A stretch of 63,524 nt of DNA, counting the filler, from Basidiobolus ranarum (Eukaryota), in assembly GCA_040143965.1 (NCBI GenBank). It is 40 parts of 40 records of this genome, joined end to end, with 100 filler letters (N's around TTAATTAATTAA, not from the genome) between each part and the next. Parts side by side here need not be neighbours in the genome. Positions count along the whole stretch, not along the records: positions 36,661 to 38,149 come from JASJQH010005025.1; positions 38,250 to 39,737 come from JASJQH010005026.1; positions 39,838 to 41,325 come from JASJQH010005027.1; positions 41,426 to 42,913 come from JASJQH010005028.1; positions 43,014 to 44,500 come from JASJQH010005029.1; positions 44,601 to 46,087 come from JASJQH010005030.1; positions 46,188 to 47,674 come from JASJQH010005031.1; positions 47,775 to 49,260 come from JASJQH010005032.1; 32 more parts are not named here. One strand, 5' to 3'. Position 1 is the first letter of the stretch, and the number at the start of each line of letters is the position of its first letter. Below are positions 36,661-49,999 of this stretch, piece after piece. Made by a program: the position numbers and the translations under genes. The notes under the pieces were generated by a model, which was not told where the DNA came from, did no database searches, and saw only the letters and a list, made by a program, of their open reading frames with translations.

Positions 36661-38149
36661 ACTATTGCTGGAGAGGAACACATCTGGAAAATTGATTAAT
36701 GCTTCATCATTACTTGCGTTAGTTTCCAGCATATTGATACCTTCCAAAGTGAATAGTGGATTGCTAAACTGCTCATTGGTTAAGTCCTTTGTTCTTGCTG
36801 GTTTTTTTCTTTTTGTGCCTGCAGGCTTTGGCTTGGAAGCGGATTTTTGATATTGATTTTGAATGCTTTTTGAATGGCATTGCCACTTTCAGATGGTAAG
36901 TTTGGTGTAATGAAATTGCTTAGAAACAGCTTATAGTAAACCAAAATTGCCATCCATTACCGGTAGTATGTTGTAAGTCCCCTGATGACTCATCTGTAAT
37001 ACCATCTCAGAATCAGCTGATGAAACTGAAGGGCTATACCTAAAATATCACACTTACATAGGAGGTGTTGTTTTTTCTACAATATCCTTCTCATGCTGCA
37101 ACACAAACATTTAAAGAAGCCCTACTATTATTGTCACAAACTCTTGTGCTATGAAAGCAGGAGGCTTCATGGAACAAATAATCACAAGCACGGTCACTTC
37201 ACAAAGACACCAGCTGCACAAAGCCTAGTGTATAACAACAGTAATAAGTGCACTCAATTGACTTTAGTTTTGCCCATTGAGTCCACTGACTGTACTTTGC
37301 CTCAAAGTTTTGGTAACACTGCCAAAAGTCAAGATACCATGGAGTTACCACAGTTATATGACCAGCATGATGTATATAGATATGCAACTTTGGTTGAACC
37401 TGTAAGTCCAGACAACTTTGAGGACTTACTGTTAGATGTTGACCTTGGTTATTCCAGTACGAATGGTACTACAACAGAAGTTGAAGAAGAAGGCAATGGT
37501 TTTGTTACAGACTCTTTGTAATTGGCAAACATTATTCCATGCATAACACTAACTACAAAGGAAGCAGCTTTGATTATTGAGGAGTGGACAGTTCAATCCA
37601 ATCTTAGCAACCAGGTGTTTGTTGGCTCTCTTACACTTTTACCTCAGTTGATTGGCAACCATTGCTTGCCACAGACCTGGTACAAGTGGATAACACTTGT
37701 CAATCATATGACTTATAATCCTTCAGTAATTAAACTACCTTCATGTCCAAGTGGTTGTTTGGCTTTCACCAGTAATCTGAAAAACCTGAAGTCATGTACT
37801 GCTTGCACACAATTGGCAATCAATGAATTGGGTAGATATTGTTCATATTTGGCTTACATACTATTGATTCCCCATCTTAAAGTTTTGATGAAATAACCCA
37901 AATATAGATCATCAATCCAATACCAAAGTACACACTGTAGAGCTGGCAGTATTACCAATATACTTGATGGATAGCATTACCAGAATCTGAAAAGTCAAGG
38001 TTTCTTTGTGAACATGTATGATCATGCATTTGCATTGACTCTGGATGGTTTCTCACTAAACAAATATACCATTGGAAAGGCTTGCTGGCCAATAATTTTA
38101 ATCAACTTAAATCTTCCTCCTTCTGAATGGTATAAGAGTCATAATATTT
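36661..38149. mobile_element. CACTA-type internal region: ORF2 (minus, ATG 36880) and transposase (plus, ATG 37093)
   Basis: CPSGCLAF..CTAC, LDGF, CWPIILINLNLPPSEWY. The same layout occurs at 52730-54017 and 58873-60356. Confidence 0.88.
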
Positions 38150-38249
38150 NNNNNNNNNNNNNNNNNNNNNNNNNNNNNNNNNNNNNNNNNNNNTTAATTA
38201 ATTAANNNNNNNNNNNNNNNNNNNNNNNNNNNNNNNNNNNNNNNNNNNN

Positions 38250-39600
38250 GAATGGGGACTTGAAAGAGGATATATTCATGGATCAACCAGATGCTTTTGT
38301 GGATCCTGAGCACCCTGAGGATGTGTGTGAGCTACAAAAGTCACTGTATGGACTTAAACAATCACCCAGGGCCTGGTATACTAAGATAGGTACATACTTG
38401 GAATCACTTGATTTCCAAAAGAGTACAGTGGATTTTGGGATTTACTTTAAGACAGAAAGGGACAGTAAGGTGATACTTGCCTGATATGTAGATGATCTGT
38501 TTATAGCTACCAATAATGTTGAAGCTCTCAGGAACACCTAAAGAGATCTATCAGTCCAATTCAAAATGACTGATTTAGGTGAACTTGCATGTTTTTTAGG
38601 TCTTCAGATCCATACAGATATATTAAGTAAATCTATTACTCTGAATCAGTCAAAATACATCTCAGATAATCTCGGATGTTACCGGATGGAGAATTGCTAG
38701 CCAGTAGCAACTCCCATGGATCCAGGTGTGAAACTAGTCAAAAATCCCATAAAAAATGATGAAAATTGGCCAAATATGGTTCAAAATATGTCATTTGCAA
38801 GCCCTGAGTTACCTTATCAATCTATGCTAGGTAGTATGATCTATGCTATGACTGGAACCCGGCCAGATTTCTCTTTTGCAGTGGGAGTAGTCTGTCACCA
38901 TGTGCAAAACCTAGGATCTGAGCATTATGCAGCAGTTAAGCAGATTTTCAGATATTTGAAGGGGATAATTGATCTGGGATTGAGATAGACATATTCTTAT
39001 AAGGAAAAGGATCTAATTGGGCTTAGCAATGCAGATTGGGGATGTGATATTGAGGACAGAAGATCTATCACTGGATATATCTTTCTCTATAGTGAAGCAG
39101 CCATATCTTGGAATAGCAAGAAACAACCCACCATAGCACTTTCAACAACTGAAGCAGAATACATGGCAGCATCACATACAACAAAGGAAGCTATGTGGTT
39201 AAGGAAGCTGTTCAAAGACTTGGGCATTATTCAAAGTTCACCCACCATAATTTTCAAGGATAATCAAAGTTGCATTTCTTTAGCTAAAATCCCAAATTTC
39301 ATGCTAGAAGTAAGCACATTGATATTCAACATCACTTTGTTAGGGAAGCTATTGAGAATAAGCACGTCCAACTGGAGTACTGTCCAACTGAGGACATGAT
39401 TGCTGACATCCTTACCAAACTATTCCCCAGGCCTAAATTTGAAGAGTCAAGATTTAAGTTAGGATCAAGATATATGAATATATAGTTGAGTGGGAGTGTT
39501 GAAGTATATTGTCTTTATCATATTTGTTATCTCTATCTTTATACACCTAACTATTTCATATAACACATATAAGTTAGTTAACATTGCTTAGTCAAATCTC
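38250..39600 (+). mobile_element. Copia family C RT-RNase H, PPT (TGAGTGGGAG, 39487-39496) and start of 3' LTR (39497)
   Basis: [37 protein letters not shown], then a purine tract abutting TGTTGAAG. Confidence 0.93.
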
Positions 39601-39664
39601 ACAAAGCTATTCACAACTCCACTTTTCTAGGGTTCCTCCAAACAGCCCATATTTTCCCAATATA

Positions 39665-39737
39665 CCAGACCACACTTCAAGACTCAAAATCATGCAGGAA
39701 AGAAATGACTCACCACTGGCAGGACACTTTGGTGTAG
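39665..39737 (+). mobile_element. Gypsy integrase zinc-finger fragment
   Basis: RLKIMQERNDSPLAGHFGV. Confidence 0.65.
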
Positions 39738-40042
39738 NNNNNNNNNNNNNNNNNNNNNNNNNNNNNNNNNNNNNNNNNNNNTTAATTAATTAANNNNNNN
39801 NNNNNNNNNNNNNNNNNNNNNNNNNNNNNNNNNNNNNAGATAGAGTTAGATGTTTATTCTAACTGATTTAGGAATAAACTAATTGAAACTACGATGCTGA
39901 TGATGGCTTTAAGTCAGTTTTAATCCACTACAAATTTTCCCGAATTGATTAAGAATAAAAAAATTGACGGTCCAAATAAAATTCTCACTTTTTAAGAAAG
40001 TTCAATTCTCTTTGCTCACTAGGTTTCCTTTAGCTGTCAATC

Positions 40043-40366
40043 ATGTTCGCCGTCCTTAGAAATATCAATCCTAGCCCTATGCAAAAGCTCGTCCGTGCTT
40101 ATGCTACCAAGAACATATTCGTAGGTAACCTCTCAAATTTCACTACTGCTGAAGACCTCGAGTCTATCTTTGGCAAGTATGGAAAGGTTGGTGCCATCCG
40201 TCGCCCCAACGCACGTTATGGCTTCGTGGAGATGGAGGGAGCTGAAGCCGAGAAGGCAGCTAAATTCCTTAATGGACACATTCATTCGAAGCACCAATGG
40301 AGTGTAAAGCTCGCCAAAACCTCCAGCAAACGGGATACCTATGCTTGGAGCGCGAAAAAATTCTAA
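40043..40366 (+). CDS. Small single-RRM RNA-binding protein, possibly mitochondrial
   Basis: RNP2 IFVGNL and RNP1 RYGFVEM. The N-terminus is basic, lacks acidic residues and ends VRAYAT. The ORF is complete and intronless. Confidence 0.85.
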   Translation: MFAVLRNINPSPMQKLVRAYATKNIFVGNLSNFTTAEDLESIFGKYGKVGAIRRPNARYGFVEMEGAEAEKAAKFLNGHIHSKHQWSVKLAKTSSKRDTYAWSAKKF

Positions 40367-41594
40367 ATTTTTCAGCTTTAGACACTCATTCTATCGTTTC
40401 TCCTCTCAAATAGGAATTCATACAGCATACTGTTAAACTCTTACGAAAGTTCTGAGTTTGTGAACTACGTGAAGTACATACAGAAATAAATCATTTATCT
40501 TTTGGAATATATCTTTACTTTGCGTCACCTTTACATTATTGCAAGTGGTTTCTAAAGATATCTGGGACCTTAGCCTTTGCTTAACTGTAAATTGATGCAA
40601 GCTCTTTGAGAAAGAAATTTTTTGAATGTTTGGTAACTCTTCGCTATCTTCCTTAAATTCTATACTCGAACAACTGTCTATTTAATCTGTTATCCAACTG
40701 GATATAACATGCTTTACAAATATAATTACAATTCAATTTTATAGTGGATGAACTTTGTTTGCTGCGGTTGCAATGTACAATGAGTACTGAAATAACATGC
40801 AACGGTTTGTAAGGAAGATATGCAATCTTCTAACTCACTTACTCCAATATGTTATGTGCACTTTATATTTAATAAATCTGGAGAATATCTAGCTGTATTA
40901 CGAGCCCATTGTGACCAGATCATAAAACATGGAGATGATCTTCCGTCTATACAATTGGCACAGTCTGGAATGAGCACATGTCTGCTTTTCCATTCCAGAG
41001 GACACCTACCTGGGGGGCACTAAAGAGGTCACTGAATCTGTGATTGCCCAGATGGTTTGAAGAGTCAGCATATGTGAGAGGGCGTGGTTCAAAAGACAGA
41101 CCTAAACAATGCGCTCCCACGCTGTAAGATCACCTCAGTTTTCTAATCCAGACACTGTGCCTCTTAGCTATTTTCAACAAATAGATTATTATGAGATGTC
41201 AGATGAAGAATTAGGAACAAGGTTGGTATGGCCTACGATGTTGTGGTTGGCGTTGAAACCTGCACCAGTCCACGTGAATTTAATTAGTGGGAGTAGACGG
41301 ATTTTACGACATTCAATAATCTTTTNNNNNNNNNNNNNNNNNNNNNNNNNNNNNNNNNNNNNNNNNNNNTTAATTAATTAANNNNNNNNNNNNNNNNNNN
41401 NNNNNNNNNNNNNNNNNNNNNNNNNATATCTGATTTCATTCTTCGTTTGGAGGAGTACGGGATAAGCGCAATGGAATTGTCTCAACGTTTCCTCAAATCC
41501 AAGCCTGATGAATGGAATGTGTATCTAAGATTCTGCACTTAACTGTTTTCTTTGGTTCAGTAAAGTTCAAGACTTTTATCCACTTTTCTCTTGG

Positions 41595-42913
41595 ACACAA
41601 CAATATGCAACTACTTGACTGATTAGACATAACTCAACAACATCAATATGCTTTACCAGCAAACTAATGGTGGAAAAGTTCCCAAACATCCAAAATTTTG
41701 AATATCACTGACACTTGGCAAATAGCTGACTGTTGTAACTGCTCACAATAAGAATGGACTCTTGGATTTTGGCAAATTTCTGTAAAGAATTCAGCCAATA
41801 TATCCCTGACTTGCAGTCAACAAATGTCCTGCCACAAGTAGATGTGTCATTGCTTGAAAAGATTACCCCATGGCTAAAATGCTAATACTGCGTGTCTTGA
41901 TCTATCTCTCCAAGAAGTCTGTTATGCAGCTTTCCTAAAAATAGTGTCAGATTATCACACAAACAAATCAGTCTGGATTATAGAGATACTTACTCTGTGT
42001 CCATGGATTGAGCTTTGTTGCTGTAAGAGCCCTTGGTTGGCAGGGTAATATACTCTGGAGTCTATTTAACCCATTGCATCACATCCATCACAAATTTTAC
42101 TTATACATTGTTAATCAAATTGCATATGGTAATACTGATAATTTCATATGGAGCATCATTTTACCGCAGGTGCGCTCCATTGGGAACTCCCAGAATGTAT
42201 AGCAAGGGCCTAAAATCTCTAAGCATTGTGAAAGATGCAGCAGGGGATATATTGAATACTGGCATAGATTCAGTCTATCTTCTTTAAATTTGTAATAAAG
42301 TTGTTCATATCCAATTACAAAATCTTTGTGCAGTTGCTGTATCTGCCTGAGATCTGCCAATGTGAGTTGATGCAATAAGAATATATTAACAATATGAACA
42401 AACAATTCCCAATGTTGCCAATACTTATTGGACAGAAATCTTTTCAAAATTCTACTTAAATATATACAAATCCATTACTTCCAGTCTTTGCATTTGAATA
42501 AATAGTGTTTGATGCTAGATTGACTATTTAATGAATTGATATCAGTGATCATGTTGAAATCTGATTAGGCTCCTTATGGTAAAATCAGGGGGTTTAGTGT
42601 TGTATTTGCATAATAGTAATGCATATGCCTGTAAGAGAAAACTCCATTGATTGGATAAAATCTACAAGAAGATATTGCATTGTGCCCAAAAAAACCTCCA
42701 AGTTTACCGATTGCAGGAGTGTCACCAATACATTAAATGATATTAGCTTAAATAAAATGAAATATTCACCCATCTGAGCCCCATTAGATAACTGTTCAAA
42801 TTCCACAATCAAAGGCTCCAAGAAGCTATCTATAAGCACTGGTGATTTAGGTCCAGATATGATGGATGGTATCAAAATATTATGACTCATAGACCATTAA
42901 GAAGGAGGAAGAC
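41595..42913 (-). pseudogene. CACTA transposase, C-terminal half, internally deleted
   Basis: IISGPKSPVLIDSFLEPLIVEF, LLHL..LGPCYTFWEFPMERTCG. Confidence 0.9.
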
Positions 42914-43013
42914 NNNNNNNNNNNNNNNNNNNNNNNNNNNNNNNNNNNNNNNNNNNNTTAATTAATTAANNNNNNNNNNNNNNNNNNNNNNNNNNNNNNN
43001 NNNNNNNNNNNNN

Positions 43014-44258
43014 TAATCCTAATAAAGGTCTAAATTTCTCAAATTTCTGTCTAGCTAATGGTTTGGTTAGTATATCAGCAATCATGTCTTCTGTAGAACA
43101 ATAAGTTAAGTCAATAAACTTATTATCTATAGTCTCTCTAATGAACTGATGCTTAATATCTATGTGTTTGCTTCTATTATGAAACGTGGGTTTTTTTGCT
43201 AATTTGATACAACTTGATTATCTTGAAATATTGTAGTTGGTGAATTTTGAGAATAACCCAAATCTGTTAAGAGTTTTCTGAGCCATATTGCTTCTTTTGT
43301 TGCTTCACAGGCAGCTATGTATTCAGCTTCTGTTGTTGAAAGTGCTACAGTAGGTTGTTTCTTTGAATTCCAAGAAATAGCTCCATTACAGCAAAGTATT
43401 AAGTATCCTGTTGTATATCTCCAGTCTTCAATGTCTCCTCCTCATTTTGCATCTGAATATCCCATCAGATCAAAATTTGATCCAGAATATGTGTATTATA
43501 AGCATATATCTACAGTACCTTTCAAATATCTGAAAATCTGCATAACTGCAATGATTTGATCAGATCCATAATTTTGAAGATATTGACACTTAACTCCCAC
43601 AGAATGTGCAATATCTGGCCATGTTTTAACCATGATATACGTCAAATTACCAACCATAGATTGATAAGGAAATTTCTGGCTTTCATTTGAACCCAAAAAC
43701 ATCTGATTTGAGCCATTTTTGGTCAAGTTAAGATTTGCCTCCATTAGGGTAGATACTGAATTACATTCTTCCTTTTTATACTTCTTTAGTATATCCAGGA
43801 TATACTTAGACTGGTTTAAAGTTATTGTTCTGGTAGTTCTATCTATCATAGCTTGGATTCCAAGATAGTATGTCAGTTCATCAAGATCAGGCATTTTGAA
43901 TTTGGTAGATAAGTTGGATTTGGTTTTTTCCAAAGTCTTCAAGTCATTGGTTGCTATAATAAGATCATCTAAATATAAGGCTAATAAAACTGGGTTTGTC
44001 TTATCTGGTCTGAAATAGATACTATAGTCAGCTTTACTCTTTTGGAATTTGAGTGTTTCCAAAAAAGCATCTATCTTGCTATTCCAAGCTCTTGGAGATT
44101 GTTTTAGGCCATATAGTGTTTTCTGGAGTCTGCAAACATTTTTAGGGTTTTCTGGGTCCACAAATCCATCTGGCTGGTCCTTATAGATCTCCTTGGCAAG
44201 CTCACCATTCAAAAAGGCAGTTTTAACATCCATTTGATGTATAATAAACTGATATTTA
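43014..44258 (-). pseudogene. Copia RT-RNase H
   Basis: [37 protein letters not shown]. Confidence 0.94.
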
Positions 44259-44425
44259 CCCTAACAAAAATAAAATTGATTTGATCCGGATCAGATCCAC
44301 CCTCCAAAATAGCAAAACCATCAGAGAACCATCACAATATTGCTGGCTTGCATTCTGCCAGGGATTTTGATGTGTGATGGCGGCTTCTTGATGGTATCTT
44401 AATGGTATTCATACATGTTAAAATA
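44259..44425 (-). mobile_element. CACTA-type end inserted in Copia RT
   Basis: CCCTAACAAAAATAAAAT junction. Confidence 0.85.
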
Positions 44426-44799
44426 TATTGGGAAAATATGGGCTGTTTGGAGGAACTTTAGAAAAGTGGAGTTATGAATAGCTTTGTGAGATAATTATTT
44501 NNNNNNNNNNNNNNNNNNNNNNNNNNNNNNNNNNNNNNNNNNNNTTAATTAATTAANNNNNNNNNNNNNNNNNNNNNNNNNNNNNNNNNNNNNNNNNNNN
44601 TACATCAGCTTGTAATTAAGAAGTTGGCTCCTCCGCTAGGTATTGTTTCTTATTGAAATTTGGCCGACAGTATTTGATGCTAATTACTACTCTACATCCA
44701 GTTACCCTTTTCTAGCACTAGTTAGAAGAATTGACATTTATGAAAACCTTTTTGTTGGTAAAAGCATTCCAAGCAAAATGTGATGGAGAACAATGGGTG

Positions 44800-45690
44800 A
44801 TATCAGAGTGTAATATAAGATTACTAACTACTAAGTTATATATGACTATAAAGGTGCTTAGGCAATGTGAATTTCAACACAAGGAACCTGTGCATCAAGT
44901 GTGGGGCCTCTAGCACAAGTTTGAAAAGTACATATATTTGAGAACTTCTAAGTTGGTAATTGTTGGAGGATCTTGACATAATGAGGGTAGACTTTGAGTA
45001 TTAGAAGCAACTTGTGATAGTGTGTTTTAGTTAGTTTATTCTCTAGATAGTTACTTTATTCTTAAGCATCTATGGTGACTTATAGAGTAGAAAAGTAAAT
45101 CAATTGTTTGAGATATTCAGGAGTTTGTGTAATAAGATATAATAAATAAGTGAGGGTAATAAGACATACTTGTTTTATAGATATGGAGATATGCCTATTT
45201 AGAATATAGGGGCTATAGATATGTTGCTTTCTGTTTCTGATATATGTATCACAACTCTAGTTAACTATGATGTTGAATAAAGATTAATTATTCAACAGTA
45301 ATAGTTTTCAAGTAAATTTTGATTGTGATTAATGAGTAACATCTTAGTGAAATAGAAGATAACTAACTACTAAGCTATATGTGACTATATAGGTGCTTAG
45401 GCTATGCTAGTTTCAATATAAGGAACCTGTGTGTCAAGTGTGGGGCCTCTAGCACAGGTTTCAAAAATGTATATGTTTGAAATCTTCTATCTTGGTAAAA
45501 ATATTCAAAGTAAATTGTCATTGATAATAATGAGTAATATCTTGGTGAAGTATAAGATAGCTAAATCCTAAGCTATATATGACTATACAGGTGCTTAGGC
45601 AATGTTGATATCAATGTAAGGAACCTCTCTGTCAAGTGTGAGACCTCTAGGACAAGTTTGAAATATATATATAGTTGACAACTTCTAATT
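44800..45690 (-). repeat. ~198-bp tandem array derived from a truncated LTR-A
   Basis: The same junction (..TTCAA..|AAGGAACCT) occurs at 44881, 45421 and ~45618. Confidence 0.78.
44961..45297 (-). mobile_element. Solo LTR family B with 5-bp TSD GTAAT
   Basis: GTAAT|TGTTGG...TTCAACA|GTAAT. Confidence 0.93.
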
Positions 45691-46187
45691 AAATACAATT
45701 GAGATTAGTGAGTGATATTTGTTGTGAATTCTCAAGGAAAATAGGAGTGAAATGGATTGTGGTAAGAAAGTTTGGTTTCCACTTGTTGATTTATTAGTTG
45801 GAACTTTGGGATTTATACTTCTGTCAGAAATACCATAAACTAATAATGGGGTCATAATAAAAAGCATGTCAGTATACTGGGTACAGAGTTTGGGGGCTTT
45901 AGGATGCCTTTGAAATCTCTATTAAATTTCAACTTCCTGTATATCATTAATTATGATCAATCAGATACAAAACTTATTTCTGTTGAAGTTTATTGTCTTT
46001 ATCATATATGTTATCCCTATCTTTATACACCTAACTATTTCATATATCACATATTAGTTAGTCAACATTATTTAGTCAAATATCACTNNNNNNNNNNNNN
46101 NNNNNNNNNNNNNNNNNNNNNNNNNNNNNNNTTAATTAATTAANNNNNNNNNNNNNNNNNNNNNNNNNNNNNNNNNNNNNNNNNNNN

Positions 46188-47674
46188 GTTTTTGTGAGCA
46201 CAATGCACTATCTTGCTCTAGATTTTGTCCAATCAATGGAGTTTACTCTAGCAGGCATACACATTACTACTATCCAACTACAACACTAAACTGAATGATT
46301 GTACCATCAAGAGACCAGTCAGATTTCAATATGATCACTGATGTCAAATCACCAAATACTTAGTCTAACATCAAACTTTGTATTAGCCATAAGCCTAAGA
46401 TTATATTGCTAAAGGGGATTAACTGGAGCCTGAGCTTCCCATCAGGCACTATGCACTTACTATTCAACAACATTCCATTACTACTCACTCAGCTATATAG
46501 TGGAAAATTCAATATGAATGAGCCAGTTGAGATAGGATCAATGTTTGAATCAATTGGGCAAATGCATCAAGATACAATCATATTTTATCAGGACTTGCAT
46601 CATTCTCCACTCATCTAGGCATTTATTCAAATGCAAAGACTAGAAGTATTGGATTTGTTATATTCAAGTGGAATTTTGAAAAGATTTCTGCCTGATAAGT
46701 ATTGGCATCATTTGGAGTTGTTTGTCAATATTGTTAATACATGCTTATGGCATCAACTCACATTGGCCGATCTCAGGCAGATATTGCAATTGTGCTAAGA
46801 TTATGTAATTGGATATGAAAAACTTTATTACAAGTTTAAAGAAGATAGACTGAGTTTATGCCATTATTCAATACATTCCCTGCTGCATCATCCACAATGC
46901 TTAGAGATTATAAGCCCTTGCTGTTCATTCTGAGAGTTCCCAATGCAGCACACCTGTGGTGAAATGATGCTCCATGTGAAATTGTCAGTCTTACTGTATG
47001 CCAATCTGATTAACAATGTATCAGCAAAATTAATGATGGATCTAATGTAATGGGTTGGGGAGACTCCAGAGTATATTAATCTGCCAACAAAGGGCTCTTT
47101 TCAATGTGCTCAAGGGTTTTTGCATTATTTGTGCACATTAACAGCAACAAAGCCCAATCCATGGACAAAGAGTAAGTACCTTTATCATTGGACTAATTTG
47201 CTTGTGTGATAATGTGCTGGTATTTTTAGCAAAGCTGCAAGACAGACTTCTTGGTGAGATAGAAGGAGATACACAGTATTATTGTTTTAGCCATGGGTTA
47301 ATCTATTCAAGCAATGACACAACTACTTGTGACAGGACATTTGTTGACTGCAAGTTGGGGATATATATGGCTGAATTCTTTATGGAAATTTGCCAAAATC
47401 TAAGAGCTTATTCTCATTGTGAACAATAACAAAAATCAGCTATTTGCCAAGTCTCAGTGCTATTAAAAATTTCAGATGTTTAGCAATTTTTCCACTGTTA
47501 GTTTGCTGGTAAAGCATATTGATATTGTTCAGTTATGTCTAATCAGTCAAGTATATGCATATATAGAGACTAAACACAACAAGATTCTTGTATTTTTTGA
47601 TTCTCATTATGGCTGGAATACAAAGCATAAAATATCTCAATAAAGGCATGCATATTAATTTGAATTCTACAGCA
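46188..47674 (+). pseudogene. CACTA transposase, central to C-terminal region
   Basis: HNALSCSRFCPING, FPSGTMHLLFNNI, EFPMQHTCG, with many TGA/TAG stops. Confidence 0.88.
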
Positions 47675-47774
47675 NNNNNNNNNNNNNNNNNNNNNNNNNN
47701 NNNNNNNNNNNNNNNNNNTTAATTAATTAANNNNNNNNNNNNNNNNNNNNNNNNNNNNNNNNNNNNNNNNNNNN

Positions 47775-49260
47775 AGTCCCTAGCACCCCAACTCTCAAAC
47801 TTGCCACAGTATAATCCCTATTCAGTATATTATGTTTCACCTTGCAATATCTATATAAGCCCCATGTATTCCTTGATCAGACCTCCATCTGATCAATGCC
47901 AGTGATCAATAAAGATTCATGCCAAAGTATCTTCCTTGTCCAGTCTTGTCTTGCCTTGTCTTGTGGTCTACACCCAAGTACTCTCCTGCCTTTGTGCCTC
48001 TTGTTATTGTTTCCAGTACTTGTCCAGTTCCTTATTGTGACATTGGGTGTAATATGATGGTATCTTGATGTTTTCAAGCATTTTCCAAATCAATTCAAAC
48101 TTTGGCCCCATGTTTCAAGGCTCATTCACATTGAATTTTCCACAACATAGCTGAGTAAGTAGTATTGGGTAAGTGGTATTGCAATGTTGTTGCTTAGTGA
48201 GTTCATAGTGCCATATAGGAAGCTCTGGCCCTAGCTGATCCCCTTTAGCAATAAAATCCCAGGCTTGTAGCTACCCCCAAGTTTGATGTAAAACTGACTA
48301 ATTGGTGATGGTAAAACCATGGAGTTTAGTGTTGTATTTGGATAGTAGTAATGCATATGCCTGGTGGAATAAACTCCACTAGTCTGACAAAAAATATGGC
48401 CAAAATTGCATTGTCACAAAGAAAACCTTGAGCTTACAGATGGCTGGAGTGTCACCAATACATACAATAATTGCTAACAAAAATAAAATCAATTTGATCG
48501 AGATTGGATCCACCCTTGTGGATTGTAAAACAATCAGAGAACCATCACAATATTGGTGGCTTGCATTCTGCCAGATATTTTGATGGTGTAATGGTGGTTT
48601 CTTGATAGTATCTTGACAGTATTCATACATGTAAAAATATTGATCCTCATATTTGGCCGGAGTTATTGTATTTCCAGCAATTTCTGCAAAATTTGATTTT
48701 AAAATGGCAAATTACTAGGTTTATTGCTATAGGAATTCAAATTAATATGCATGCCTTTATTTGGATACTTTTGGTTTTGTATTCCAGCCATAATCCATAA
48801 CAAAAATAAAATTGATTAGATCTGGATTGGATCCACCCTCCAAAATAGCAAAACTGTCAGAGAACCGTCACAAAATTGTTGGCTTGCATTCTGCCAAGGA
48901 TTTTGATGGTGTAATGGCAATTTCTTGATGGTATCTCAATGTTATTCACACATATTAAAATGTCAATCCTCAAATTTGGCATGCATTATTCAATATCCAG
49001 CAATTTTTGCAAAAATATAATTTTCAAATGGCAACTTACTGGGTTTACTGCTGTAGAAATTCAAATTAATATGCATGCCTTTATTTAGATATTTTAGGCT
49101 TTGTATTCCAGCCATAATGAGAATCAAAAAATACAAGAATCTTGTGGTTTTTAGTCTCTACATATGCACATATTTGACTGATTAGATATAACTCAACAAC
49201 ATCAATATGCTTTACCAGCAAACTAATGGTGGAAAAATTGCTAAGCATCTGAACTTTTGA
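47775..49260. mobile_element. LTR-E 3' end (to 48042), transposase remnant and two nested CACTA ends (~48472, 48795)
   Basis: Homology to the other copies in this window. Confidence 0.82.
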
Positions 49261-49999
49261 NNNNNNNNNNNNNNNNNNNNNNNNNNNNNNNNNNNNNNNN
49301 NNNNTTAATTAATTAANNNNNNNNNNNNNNNNNNNNNNNNNNNNNNNNNNNNNNNNNNNNTGTAATTCACGATATTGCGTAGAGGGATCGCCAAAGTTAG
49401 CATCGGTAAATAATTAGGCTAAATTGACAACAACTGAAATGAATACATTAACTGAGAGCAGGCCTGAACTCTTAGAGCTAAAGTAAAATCACACATTCCA
49501 TCATTTTACGTTCCTGAGGTGTCAAGTACAGAGAATACTTTGTAACCTACTTAATGCTGAAAGTTTGAGAAATGCATCACAAATATTTATTATAGTACCA
49601 GTCATGAACACCTATTTTACCTTGTCTCTTTGGTCTCATAAAGCACTGGACTATCTCAAGCATTGATTTCATCTTTATGAGGTATCATTTTTATGAGCTA
49701 CAACATCCAGTAGTAGGAGTAAATTAGACCTGCCTTTTGTATTATTGATAGAAAAATTATGTACAATTCTGCTGTTTGATCTAATATCTGGAATTCTTTG
49801 AGTTGTCAGTCAGTGATCAATGAGAGTACATGTTAAAGTATTTTGGGAGCCTGTTGGAAGTGGTTTGGAGAAATAGAGAGATTGGTGATGTTCACTTATT
49901 GATTTATTGAGTTAAAAGTTGACATTTATAGTTTTGTCAAGATGTAAGCAAACTGATATATAAAAAGTGTTTAAGAAGGTTGCAGGAACATGTGTGTGT

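Noticed and set aside
41426-41542. Possible gene 3' end (ISDFILRLEEYG..YLRFCT*)
   Set aside because: Only 38 codons with no recognisable motif, so it cannot be supported without a search.
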